From Thermotogota bacterium (GTDB lineage: Bacteria; Thermotogota; Thermotogae; Petrotogales; Petrotogaceae): 64,000 nucleotides of DNA. This document shows, piece by piece, positions 8,567 through 18,344 of the stretch. Made by a program: the position numbers and the translations under genes. A model generated the notes under the pieces. It was not told the origin of the DNA, searched no databases, and worked only from the letters and a program-made list of their open reading frames with translations. The stretch's first letter is position 1, and every line of letters starts with the position of its first letter. Where the stretch lies: NCBI GenBank assembly GCA_051748045.1, contig JBNJGY010000004.1, forward strand, positions 1 through 64,000. The letters run 5' to 3'.

Positions 8567-10546
8567 ATGGGAGTATTATCTCAACTTTCTGGTGTAATAG
8601 CAGGGATAATTGGAATTATATTCACAATTTTCTTGACTTTTATAGTTATAGAGAAAAACCCTGGTAACGAGAAAATGCAAAAAATATCAAAAGCTATACA
8701 GGTTGGAGCGAGAGCATTTTTATTTTCTGAATATAAAATTCTCTATGTGATAGTTTTTATATTTTCACTTATACTAGGTTTTTCTAACTCATGGGTAATG
8801 GCATTAGCTTTTATCTTCGGAGCTACTTTGTCTGTATTGGCTGGTTTTTTTGGTATGTCGATTGCTACTAAAGCAAACACTAGAACTGCTAATGAAGCAC
8901 AAACTTCTTTAGGAAGAGCTCTTAAAGTAGCTTTTAATGGTGGAGCTGTAATGGGTATGACTGTTTCTTCTCTTGGATTATTTGGACTCGGATTGACATT
9001 TTTCTTAACAGGTGGAGACGCAGTCGTTATGAGTGGTTATGCTATGGGTGCTTCTTTTGTTGCATTATTTGCAAGAGTTGGTGGAGGAATCTTTACCAAA
9101 GCTGCAGATGTAGGTGCAGATTTAGTTGGTAAAACAGAAGCGGGAATCCCCGAAGATGATCCGAGGAATCCTGCAACGATAGCAGATAATGTTGGTGACA
9201 ATGTTGGTGATGTTGCTGGGATGGGTGCTGATTTATACGAATCTTATGTAGGCTCTATTTTCTCAGCTTCAGCTTTAGGTGCTCTTATGTTTGACGTAAG
9301 GGGTGCAGTTTTTCCATTTTTAATTGCAGCTTTTGGTTTATTATCAGCTATTATTGGAATTATAATTGTTAATTTACTAGTGAAAGAAAAAGAAAATTTA
9401 AATCCATCAAAAATGTTGCATACTGGTACTTATGCTGCAAATATTATAGAGTTAATAGTTGTTTTTATTTTGTCTAAAGTAGTATTGGATTCTTATCAAG
9501 CAGCCTTGGTTATCACATTAGGTATGATTGTTGGTGTCTTAATAGGGAGTATAACAGAATACTATACAGCTAAGAAACCCGTTGAAAAATTAGCTGCTAC
9601 AGCAACTTCTGGTTCTGCACCATTATTAATAAATGGTATGGCATTAGGAATGGAATCTACTGCTATTCCAGTTATATTAATTGCAATTGCTACTATTGTA
9701 TCTTTTAATTTATTAGGTTTATTTGGAATAGCGTTGGCTGCCGTTGGTATGTTAGCTACTTTAGGGATTACTTTAGCAATTGACGCATATGGACCTATAG
9801 CAGATAACGCTGGGGGAATAGCTGAAATGTCAGGACTTGACCCTAAAGTAAGAGAGAGAACGGACTTATTAGATTCTGTTGGTAATACAACTGCAGCAAT
9901 AGGTAAAGGCTTTGCAATCGGTTCAGCTACTCTAACAGCTCTCGCTTTATTCGCATCTTATATTCAAGTTACGGGAATTGAAATGGTTGATCTTAACGAT
10001 TCGAATGTTTTTGTAGGTGCTTTAATTGGAGCTATGCTTCCATTCTTATTCTCGTCATTAGCTATGAAAGCAGTTGGTGATTCAGCAAATATAATGGTTG
10101 CAGAGGTAAGAAGACAATTTAAAGTTATACCCGGTTTAATGGAAGGGAAAGCTGAACCAGATTATGCTAAATGTGTCGAAATTGCAACTGGTGGAGCCTT
10201 GAGAAAAATGACTTTACCTTCTTTACTGGCAGTTTTTTCTCCGGTTATTATTTATTTCCTTTTAGGAAAGGTTGCTGTTGCAGGAACACTTGCAGGGACA
10301 ACAGTTGCAGGGGTTATGCTAGCAATATTTATGTCTAACTCTGGTGGGGCATGGGATAATGCTAAAAAATATATTGAAACTGGTAAATATGGCGGAAAAG
10401 GTTCATTATCTCATAAGGCATCTGTTATAGGAGATACTGTTGGAGATCCATTCAAAGATACAGCAGGCCCTGCTATTAATATATTAATCAAATTAATGTC
10501 AATTGTTTCTATAGTAGTTATTCCTATTTTAATGAAATTGTTCTAG
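8567..10546 (+). CDS. hppA: Membrane pyrophosphatase, K+-dependent, probably Na+-translocating
   Basis: DVGADLVGK, EDDPRN, DNVGDNVGD, DLYESY, GNTTAA (Ala form, K+-dependent), WDNAKK and DTVGDPFKD motifs. Confidence 0.96.
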   Translation: MGVLSQLSGVIAGIIGIIFTIFLTFIVIEKNPGNEKMQKISKAIQVGARAFLFSEYKILYVIVFIFSLILGFSNSWVMALAFIFGATLSVLAGFFGMSIATKANTRTANEAQTSLGRALKVAFNGGAVMGMTVSSLGLFGLGLTFFLTGGDAVVMSGYAMGASFVALFARVGGGIFTKAADVGADLVGKTEAGIPEDDPRNPATIADNVGDNVGDVAGMGADLYESYVGSIFSASALGALMFDVRGAVFPFLIAAFGLLSAIIGIIIVNLLVKEKENLNPSKMLHTGTYAANIIELIVVFILSKVVLDSYQAALVITLGMIVGVLIGSITEYYTAKKPVEKLAATATSGSAPLLINGMALGMESTAIPVILIAIATIVSFNLLGLFGIALAAVGMLATLGITLAIDAYGPIADNAGGIAEMSGLDPKVRERTDLLDSVGNTTAAIGKGFAIGSATLTALALFASYIQVTGIEMVDLNDSNVFVGALIGAMLPFLFSSLAMKAVGDSANIMVAEVRRQFKVIPGLMEGKAEPDYAKCVEIATGGALRKMTLPSLLAVFSPVIIYFLLGKVAVAGTLAGTTVAGVMLAIFMSNSGGAWDNAKKYIETGKYGGKGSLSHKASVIGDTVGDPFKDTAGPAINILIKLMSIVSIVVIPILMKLF

Positions 10547-10739
10547 ATAAATGTTTGGACAGTGATTTCTGCCCTTTTTAAATTTATTGATTATATTGAA
10601 TTAAAAGCTTTAATCGACGCTAATGAAATCATTTCCAATTTTTTGACACTTTTTTATGAACTCATTTTTTGATAAAATTATAATTGTGTGTAAATTAATA
10701 AAAATCACTCTATATTTATAATCTTAGGGAGGGATATAG

Positions 10740-11753
10740 ATGAAAAGAATTGCAGTTTTAAACGTAGGTGGAGATTGCCCAGGATTAAACGCAGTAATAA
10801 GATCTCTTATAGTAAAAGGTGCTGAAGAAGATATTGAAGTAGTAGGAGTTTATGATGGTTTTCATGGATTAGTTGATGATAAAATTTTTATTATGACTAA
10901 AGAACATGTTTCTGGAAGACTTCCTGAAGGTGGAATTATTCTAGGCTCTTCAAAATATGATCCCACAGAAAAACCTGAAGATTTAAAAAAATTAAAAGAA
11001 AATGTAAAAAAATATCAAATAACTTCATTGGTTTTATTGACAGGTCATACAGGTGCTAATATTTCATTAAGATTGAAGGAAGAAGGCATACCTTCTGTAA
11101 TTATTCCTGCAACGATCGATAATGATTTAATTTGGACCGATTTGAGTGTTGGGTTTTTGACAGCTTTACAAACAGTTACAAATTCTCTTGATTATTTACA
11201 TTCGACTGCTAATGCAGGACACAGAGTAATTGTTATGGAAGTTGGAGGAGATTATTCGGGTTGGCTCGCTACTGTTGGTGGAATGGCTGGTGGCGCAGAT
11301 TACATTATAACACCTGAAGTCGATTTGAATACAGAAGAAATGTTAGAGAATATAAAAAGAAGATATGATGTTGGTAAAAAATTCTCAATTGTAGTTGTCG
11401 AAGAAAAAGTTAAATTACCAAAAGAAATCATGAATGTAGCAAAAGAATGCGATATGGATATGAAAAATCCAGCTGATATGGTAGCAAAATATATTGGTGA
11501 AAATACTACAAATATTGATGTAAGAACTGTTGATCTTGGATATCTTCAAAGAGGTGGATCACCTTCTGCTTTTGATAGATTCTTAGCCTTTAAATTTGGT
11601 TTCGCAGCGATAGATGCTGTTAAAAAAGGAAAATCAAATATAGCTTTAGGACTTAAAGGTTTCGAAGTAGAAGATAGCCCTTTAACAGATAAAATAAAAG
11701 AAAATAAAGAAGTTAGACCAGAAATATATGAAATGGCAAAATTATTCTTTTAA
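10740..11753 (+). CDS. PfkA-family phosphofructokinase-like protein with degenerate active-site motifs
   Basis: GGDCPGLNAVIR, TIDND and LGYLQRGG are retained. GGDG is replaced by TGHTG and MGR by GGD. Confidence 0.85.
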   Translation: MKRIAVLNVGGDCPGLNAVIRSLIVKGAEEDIEVVGVYDGFHGLVDDKIFIMTKEHVSGRLPEGGIILGSSKYDPTEKPEDLKKLKENVKKYQITSLVLLTGHTGANISLRLKEEGIPSVIIPATIDNDLIWTDLSVGFLTALQTVTNSLDYLHSTANAGHRVIVMEVGGDYSGWLATVGGMAGGADYIITPEVDLNTEEMLENIKRRYDVGKKFSIVVVEEKVKLPKEIMNVAKECDMDMKNPADMVAKYIGENTTNIDVRTVDLGYLQRGGSPSAFDRFLAFKFGFAAIDAVKKGKSNIALGLKGFEVEDSPLTDKIKENKEVRPEIYEMAKLFF

Positions 11754-11760
11754 TAAAATT

Positions 11761-11792
11761 AAACCGCATAGTTAAAACTATGCGGTTTTTTT
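11761..11792. terminator. Intrinsic terminator between convergent genes
   Basis: aaaccgcatagt-taaa-actatgcggttt followed by a T-tract. Confidence 0.85.
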
Positions 11793-12807
11793 ATTCTTCT
11801 GTATTTTCAACTACTATTTCTTCTTGTAAATTTTTCTCAGCTTTTTTAGTAACAAAATAATCCCAATAGTTTTTTATATACATTATTGATGGTAAAGCTA
11901 TTAAAACTCCAGCAAAAGAGAATAGATCTCCAAATAAAAGTATTGAAACTAATATTACATACCAATGTAATTTCAAAGATTTACTTTGAATTTTTGGTGC
12001 TAAAATCCACATTTCTATTTGGTTTGCCAATACTAAAATAATAGCCCCTATCAATAAACCCACTAATCCTTTTGCAGAAAAAGCAAGCATCATTAAAGGT
12101 ATAGCAGATATTATAACTCCCAAATATGGTATAAAATTAGTTACCCAAGCTAAAACTCCTAAGAAGAAAGCTCCAGGTATCCCCATTATATACACACTAC
12201 TTCCAACAAATAGCCCAACGAAAGCAGCTACAAAAAACTGCCCTTTAACAAAATTCTCAAAATCTCTAAAAGTCTTTTTTGCAAAAGCAATCCCTTTATC
12301 TGTTTCCTTCGGGAATAAACTATTAACATGTTTTGAAATTTCTGTTTTCAACCCACCTATTGAAATAGTAGTAATTATTATCAATATTGCTGCCATGATG
12401 GCTGAAGGAGTATACGATATAACATCATTCAATAAAGATAAAGCAAAATCTGAAAAATATTGATTAAGATTATTTATTATGTCTAATAGCCATTGGGGTG
12501 GTTCAAATATACCTTGCGAATTTATTTCAATATCTCTTAAAGAAGTAAAAATAGCTTTCCCTTCATTTATTATAACTGGGAAAAAATTACCCAATGCGTA
12601 TATTATTACCCCTATTACTAAGACATTTGCCAATAATTTTGAAAGTTTTTTGTTTAATTTTTTTAAAAATATTTTTTCAGGTACGTCTATTATAGTAGCA
12701 AGGAATAACCCTAAAAAAATCGGAGTTATTATAAAAGGTGTCATTTTCATTAAAGCAAAAAAAATAAATAAGTAAATTAAACTAAGAAAAGATGGTTTAA
12801 GAAACAT
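11791..12807 (-). CDS. AI-2E (PerM) family transporter
   Basis: Hydrophobic protein with NFIPYLG and QIEMWILAPKI...LKLH, typical of AI-2E. Confidence 0.85.
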   Translation of the reverse strand: MFLKPSFLSLIYLFIFFALMKMTPFIITPIFLGLFLATIIDVPEKIFLKKLNKKLSKLLANVLVIGVIIYALGNFFPVIINEGKAIFTSLRDIEINSQGIFEPPQWLLDIINNLNQYFSDFALSLLNDVISYTPSAIMAAILIIITTISIGGLKTEISKHVNSLFPKETDKGIAFAKKTFRDFENFVKGQFFVAAFVGLFVGSSVYIMGIPGAFFLGVLAWVTNFIPYLGVIISAIPLMMLAFSAKGLVGLLIGAIILVLANQIEMWILAPKIQSKSLKLHWYVILVSILLFGDLFSFAGVLIALPSIMYIKNYWDYFVTKKAEKNLQEEIVVENTEE

Positions 12808-12828
12808 ATTTTACCCCCATTCAAATGA

Positions 12829-13377
12829 TTAAACATTTCTTCTTTTTATCATATAATTATTTCTAATTTTTTCTAACTCATCTTTATATTCTTTATCCTT
12901 AAAATTTTCATACGAGTAATCATGATGTTTCCATTTCCCAAACATATACATTAATGTAATTTCTGCATAAATTCCGTTTCTCAAATAAATTCTATTACCC
13001 CAATGTTTGGTACTAGCCAATATAAATTGTGTATGATGAATATATCCTACATCCAAATTAACTTTTCTATTGCCTTCAATTGCGAATTCAGATTCTATTT
13101 TATTAGTAATATTTTTCGCATCAGCTAAAAAAGATTGAGACCCTAAATATTTAAGAGAAATCATTCTTCCTTCAATCTTCACGTTTTCTCCCATTTCTCT
13201 ATTATAATAGTTTGTAAATTTTTGGAAATCAATTGGTTCGGATATGTAATCAATTTCACCAAATTCTTCTCTTATTCTTGCTAATACACCAAATTCTTCC
13301 AACCAAAAATCACTATTCCCAGCTGTAAATACATGTATTACATAATTAACCAAATCTGGTTTTTTAATTTTGCCCAT
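12829..13377 (-). CDS. DUF4416-family protein
   Basis: TNYYNREMG, RKVNLDVGYI, LASTK and RIYLRNGIYAEITL motifs. Confidence 0.8.
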   Translation of the reverse strand: MGKIKKPDLVNYVIHVFTAGNSDFWLEEFGVLARIREEFGEIDYISEPIDFQKFTNYYNREMGENVKIEGRMISLKYLGSQSFLADAKNITNKIESEFAIEGNRKVNLDVGYIHHTQFILASTKHWGNRIYLRNGIYAEITLMYMFGKWKHHDYSYENFKDKEYKDELEKIRNNYMIKRRNV

Positions 13378-13939
13378 TTTTGAAAATCACCTCAAAATCT
13401 TCTAGTTTTATTTCATATTCAGAATTGGGAGTTCTAATAATTGTAACACCATTATTATCATTAACTACAATATTTTCTTCTCTTGATAGAGAATAAATCT
13501 TCATGGACATTCCTTCAAGAACTTCTCCGTTTACCAACAGATCATTCTCGTTAGTATTTTCAATTTCTATATTTATACGATTTTCATTTAAAACTTCTGA
13601 AAAATAAAGTACATCTTCAAGAACAAAGAATATATAGGTAGAAGAAATAATAATTAATAAGATCATTATAAACAATATTGGGGATTTTCTTTTTTCTTTA
13701 AATTTTATTTCATTATTTTCTTTTTTCTCTTCTTCTACATAATTAATATTTTCACCAAAAAAGGAGGATAGTCTTTGAGAAATATCTCTTAATGACATAG
13801 AAGAGAAATCGTCAAACTTATTGTTCAAAATATTATTCACACTACTTTTTGATATTTTTAAATATTGACTCAAATCATCTAAAGTTTTATTTTTTTCTTC
13901 AAGTAACTCTCTTAAATTTTTATCAAAATGACCTTTCAT
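13364..13939 (-). CDS. HTH + single-TM membrane protein (RodZ-like)
   Basis: N-terminal XRE-type HTH, basic linker, one TM helix and a C-terminal beta-rich domain. Confidence 0.55.
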   Translation of the reverse strand: MKGHFDKNLRELLEEKNKTLDDLSQYLKISKSSVNNILNNKFDDFSSMSLRDISQRLSSFFGENINYVEEEKKENNEIKFKEKRKSPILFIMILLIIISSTYIFFVLEDVLYFSEVLNENRINIEIENTNENDLLVNGEVLEGMSMKIYSLSREENIVVNDNNGVTIIRTPNSEYEIKLEDFEVIFKNGQN

Positions 13940-14006
13940 ATTATCACCCCAATTAACCTTTATAATTCTATTATATATTATAAACTATAAATTTCAATTA
14001 TCAAAT

Positions 14007-14032
14007 AAAAAACCCCATCAAAAGATGGGGTT
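14007..14032 (-). terminator. Terminator of yajC-secD-secF
   Basis: aaccccatc-aaaa-gatggggtt with a T-tract on the minus strand. Confidence 0.85.
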
Positions 14033-14049
14033 AATTTTATATTTTTAAA

Positions 14050-14949
14050 TTAAAATTTTTTCTGTTTTTTAAGCATACCAATTACAAGCGGACTAGCTAT
14101 ATAAAGTGATGAGTAAGTACCTATCAAAACACCAATTGTAAGTCCAAATGCGAATGGTGCAATTGCTCTTCCACCAATTAAGAACATTAAAAAAACAATT
14201 GCAAATGTTGTTAATGATGTATTTAAAGATCTAACAATAACATCGTTTAATGATTTATTCACAATAGTTTCTACAGGTTTACCTCTCATAGCTTTGAAAT
14301 TTTCTCTAATTCTATCATATACTACGATAGTGTCATTCAATGAATAACCAGCTAATGTGAGAAGTGCTGCCATTGCCATTACATTTATTTCTATACCAAA
14401 TAATGAATAAAAACCAAGAACTATTATGATGTCGTGAGCTAAAGCTAATAAAGCTCCTATACCAAAAGCAAATTTAAATCTTAAGGTAATATAAGCTAAT
14501 AATAGCACTAATATTATGCTCACAGCATACCAAGCAAATGATTTAATCTGATTAGCAGCATAACCTGATACATCATTTAATTGCAGTATTTCTAAACTTT
14601 CATCTCCTAGTTTACTTCTCAATTGATTGTCAAACTCTTCTTTTTCTTCAGCTGTTTCAAAAGAATTATTTATTGTTAAAGCAAAGAAAAATTTATCTTC
14701 TTGACCTTCAATTGGTTCCAATTCAACTATTTTTGCTGTTGAATAATCTTGATCTATATCTGTTAAAATATTTCTAATATCTTCAATACTCTTTTCTTCT
14801 TCTATAGAAGCTGTAATTTCTGTACCACCTGAAAACTCAATTCCAAACTCAAAGTTTTTTGTAAAAGATAATATCAAAGCAGCTATTACTAAAATTGCTG
14901 AAAGAATCATAAATCCTTTTCTTTTTCCTACGAAATCTAAGTGCTTCAT
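14050..14949 (-). CDS. secF: Protein translocase subunit SecF
   Basis: GIEFSGG, GYSLNDTIVVYDRIRE and GTYSS motifs. Confidence 0.96.
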   Translation of the reverse strand: MKHLDFVGKRKGFMILSAILVIAALILSFTKNFEFGIEFSGGTEITASIEEEKSIEDIRNILTDIDQDYSTAKIVELEPIEGQEDKFFFALTINNSFETAEEKEEFDNQLRSKLGDESLEILQLNDVSGYAANQIKSFAWYAVSIILVLLLAYITLRFKFAFGIGALLALAHDIIIVLGFYSLFGIEINVMAMAALLTLAGYSLNDTIVVYDRIRENFKAMRGKPVETIVNKSLNDVIVRSLNTSLTTFAIVFLMFLIGGRAIAPFAFGLTIGVLIGTYSSLYIASPLVIGMLKKQKKF

Positions 14950-14950
14950 A

Positions 14951-16366
14951 TTATTTTACCCCCTTTTCTTGAACAGCGTTTTTTCTGAACTTGTCAGGGT
15001 TAATAAATTTGTGTGATGAGGATAAAATTGTTCTTGAAACTACTAAGTTTGTAAACATAGCACCAAGTACACCAATTATCAATGTGATAGCAAATCCTCT
15101 TACAGTACCTGTTGAGAAATAATATAAAACAATACCTGCCAATACTGTTGTTAAATTAGCGTCGAATAAAGTCCAAAATGCTTTATCAAAACCAAAATTA
15201 ACTGCAGTTACTGGTGGTCTGCCTAATCTCAATTCATCTTTTATTCTTTCATAGATTATAACATTTCCATCAACTGTTGTACCGAATGTCAAGATTATAC
15301 CTGCAATACCTGGTAATGTTAAAATTGCATCTGTCCAACTCAATACACCCATCAATAAAATTGCATTATATATTAAAGCTAGATCAGCTACAACTCCCAT
15401 CCAGCCATAAAAAACTATCATATAAATCATAACAATAATTAAACCTATAATTCCTGCATTTATTATTGTATTAACTATATCTCTACCTAGAGTAGGACCT
15501 AGAGTTCTTTCTTGGAATTTCACAAGATCAACAGGTAAATTACCTGAATTGATTAAAGCAGCTATGTTTCTAGCTTCTTGTAATTCTTCTATTCCTTCTA
15601 TAATAGCAGCATTATCAGTTATTTGAGTATTAACATTTGGTGCTATTATAACTTTTTCATCTAATATAATAGCCATTCTTTTGTTAATTAAATTTCCTGT
15701 TGCAATTTCAAATTTATCTCCACCTGCTGAAGAAAAATTCATTCTAACTAAAAATCCTGAACCTTGTGTATTTAAATCAGCTCTTGAGTCAATAACATCT
15801 TCTCCAGTTATTTCAAAAGGTTCTCTACCAAAATCAAAGACTCTTTTTATTTGATACCATTGTAATGGATTATTAGCGTCTTGAACATAAGCGTATAATT
15901 CAATATCGTCTCCATTAACTGTAACTGTTCTATTTCTTCTAATTTCAGGTTTTACATCAGAAGTTTGTGTATCTATGACTTCAGCGAAATATAATTTACC
16001 TTTACTTCCAATTAATTTTTCTGCTTCGTTTGTATCTCTTATCCCAGGTATTTCTACTCTTACTCTTAATTCTCCACCACTGTCAATTTTTGATACGACA
16101 GCCTCAGTATATCCAGCTGCATCCAGTCTATTTCTTAGCACTAGAATTACATTATCAATAACATCTTGTGGTTTTGTACCTTCATTTAAATCTAGTTGAT
16201 ATTCAAATAAGCTACCGCCTTGAATGTCCAAACCAAGTTTTATGTTTGAAAATATTTTTGCAAAACCATCATAATCAGAAGTATTTTCTCCAGGAATTAT
16301 CATTCCTAGGAATGCTACAACTATTACAATGATTGAAAAAATTAAGCGGATTCTGTTTGATCTCAC
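14951..16366 (-). CDS. secD: Protein translocase subunit SecD
   Basis: LGLDIQGG, GPTLG, LTLPGIAG, DGNVIIYERI and DANLTT motifs. GTG start. Confidence 0.96.
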   Translation of the reverse strand: MRSNRIRLIFSIIVIVVAFLGMIIPGENTSDYDGFAKIFSNIKLGLDIQGGSLFEYQLDLNEGTKPQDVIDNVILVLRNRLDAAGYTEAVVSKIDSGGELRVRVEIPGIRDTNEAEKLIGSKGKLYFAEVIDTQTSDVKPEIRRNRTVTVNGDDIELYAYVQDANNPLQWYQIKRVFDFGREPFEITGEDVIDSRADLNTQGSGFLVRMNFSSAGGDKFEIATGNLINKRMAIILDEKVIIAPNVNTQITDNAAIIEGIEELQEARNIAALINSGNLPVDLVKFQERTLGPTLGRDIVNTIINAGIIGLIIVMIYMIVFYGWMGVVADLALIYNAILLMGVLSWTDAILTLPGIAGIILTFGTTVDGNVIIYERIKDELRLGRPPVTAVNFGFDKAFWTLFDANLTTVLAGIVLYYFSTGTVRGFAITLIIGVLGAMFTNLVVSRTILSSSHKFINPDKFRKNAVQEKGVK

Positions 16367-16392
16367 AAGAAGTACCCCCTTACCTTAAAATA

Positions 16393-16803
16393 TTATTTTT
16401 TATCTTCTTCTGATTTTTTTTCTGTGTCTGCTTGCTCAGTTTTGTTTAAAACAGCTGAAACAGCATTTCTAGTTATGTCAATTTCAGTTTTATCCCCTGT
16501 TGAAATTCTAATTTTATCATTCTGAATAGAAATAATTTTACCTATTATTCCTGCAGCTGTTAAAATTTTATCTCCTCTTGATAATTCTGAGATCATCTTC
16601 TTGTGTTTTTTCTCTTGTCTTCTTTGAGGAAGGATTAAAATAACATACATTAAAACAAATAATATTACAATAAACCAAATACTTCCAAATCCTCCAGTTG
16701 CTCCTGTAGCGGCAGCATCAGATGTTCCTCCAGCAGCTCCAGCTGAATCTCCACTTGTACCAGCAGGTCCAAAGTTTATAAAGTCAATTACTTTTTCAAA
16801 CAT
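16393..16803 (-). CDS. yajC: Preprotein translocase subunit YajC
   Basis: TM helix, then PQRRQEK..GDKILTAAGIIG. Upstream of secD. Confidence 0.93.
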   Translation of the reverse strand: MFEKVIDFINFGPAGTSGDSAGAAGGTSDAAATGATGGFGSIWFIVILFVLMYVILILPQRRQEKKHKKMISELSRGDKILTAAGIIGKIISIQNDKIRISTGDKTEIDITRNAVSAVLNKTEQADTEKKSEEDKK

Positions 16804-17002
16804 TAGTACACCTCCAAAATTATTTTTTATAATGAATAATATCTTTAAATATTATAACACAAAATAAAAATATTTTTAATAGAAACCCTTTATTATTTGA
16901 TAGATAGTGTGATTAATTGTTAAAGATTTTTTTAAGATTATCATTGTATAATGATAGTATAAGATTGTTAGAATTTTATTAAAATTTTAGGAGGTTGCTA
17001 AC

Positions 17003-18289
17003 ATGAAAAAAATAATATTGATTTTTATTGTTTCAATATTCTCTATATTATCTTTTACTACCGTTTTAGATTTTGTACCAGAGGATTCAAAAGCCACTGT
17101 ATATATAAACAATCTCTCTCAAACATATGATAGTTTAAAAACAGTGCCTACTATAAAAAGCCTTTTATTAGACCCTTTTCAAGGAGAAATACTTATATCC
17201 AATTATGTTGAAATGTTTCTAGAGTCAATAAAAGTAAAACCAAATGAATTTTTTGGACAATTAAAAACTGATATGGCTTTATTTGTACAAAAACCTAACG
17301 TAGAAGAAGATTTATACCTTTTTGGAGCTGCTTTTGGGCCAATCGATGAACCTGATAAGTTTTCTGATGCTTTCAAAAAAATAATTGAACCATTATCTAA
17401 TTCGGGAATTTCTTTTAATACAATAAATAAAGAAGTCAACGGTGAAAAATATGTTATTTTGGTTCAAGATAAATCAGTTTATCAGTCTGTTAAAACTGTA
17501 AGTGTAACTTTCAAAGATATTTATGAAAATGGAATTTATTTTAAGATAGATTCTTCAGAAATGGAAAATGAAGGTTTCGCTTATGTGAAAGATAGTGTTT
17601 TAATTGGAAAAGCCAGTGGAATAGTAGATGAAAAAGCTATAAATGAGGATTACATTAAACAAGCTCAAGATTACAAATTTTATGGTACTATTTTTACGGC
17701 TTCTGGTTTAGTCCCTAAAGAAATTACAGGTATCAATGAAATAATAAATATTATTGCAGACTCAAAGTTAGTCGAAAAAATACTAGAATCTTCTCAAGGT
17801 TTTGAGATGAATGCAGACTTAAATCTTGAAACTCAAGAACAACAAAATATAAAAATTAAACAAGACTCTTATATCAAAGTAAATAGTTCAATAGATTTAG
17901 ACTCAATAATTCCTATAATGGAAGAAAATAATATTACCTATGAAAAAGTATCTGATGAGAAGATCACTTTTCAAATAGATGTGAATGCTCAAAATGCAGA
18001 ACTTGAAAGTGTAAATTATAATCTATGGAAAGATAATGAAGTTATTTACATATCTGAAATGGACAATAAATCATTAGATGAAAAAACAAATAAAAAACCC
18101 TCTTTAAGCTCTAATAATTTATTTAAGAATTTAACCCAAAGAATAGGATATGGCAATTTAATGGTTCTTTTCCTTGATTTTTCTAAGTTTATGGATCAAT
18201 TCGCAGGATTACAAGGAGAATTTGGTTTTCTTTTAAATATAGAACATCTAGGAGATGGAAGGATAGACACAGATTTTATTTTAAAATAA
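17003..18289 (+). CDS. Hypothetical exported protein
   Basis: 428-aa ORF with GGAGG SD and a signal peptide (MKKIILIFIVSIFSILSF). Confidence 0.75.
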   Translation: MKKIILIFIVSIFSILSFTTVLDFVPEDSKATVYINNLSQTYDSLKTVPTIKSLLLDPFQGEILISNYVEMFLESIKVKPNEFFGQLKTDMALFVQKPNVEEDLYLFGAAFGPIDEPDKFSDAFKKIIEPLSNSGISFNTINKEVNGEKYVILVQDKSVYQSVKTVSVTFKDIYENGIYFKIDSSEMENEGFAYVKDSVLIGKASGIVDEKAINEDYIKQAQDYKFYGTIFTASGLVPKEITGINEIINIIADSKLVEKILESSQGFEMNADLNLETQEQQNIKIKQDSYIKVNSSIDLDSIIPIMEENNITYEKVSDEKITFQIDVNAQNAELESVNYNLWKDNEVIYISEMDNKSLDEKTNKKPSLSSNNLFKNLTQRIGYGNLMVLFLDFSKFMDQFAGLQGEFGFLLNIEHLGDGRIDTDFILK

Positions 18290-18300
18290 ATTTTATATGA

Positions 18301-18331
18301 AAAGAGGCTTGGAAATAATCCAAGCCTCTTT
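18301..18331. terminator. Bidirectional terminator
   Basis: aaagaggcttgga-aataa-tccaagcctcttt. Confidence 0.88.
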
Positions 18332-18344
18332 TATTTTATAGTGA

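Noticed and set aside
10557..10580. Hairpin ggacag...ctgccc + T-tract after hppA
   Set aside because: The stem is imperfect. It may be a weak terminator but is not well enough supported to list.
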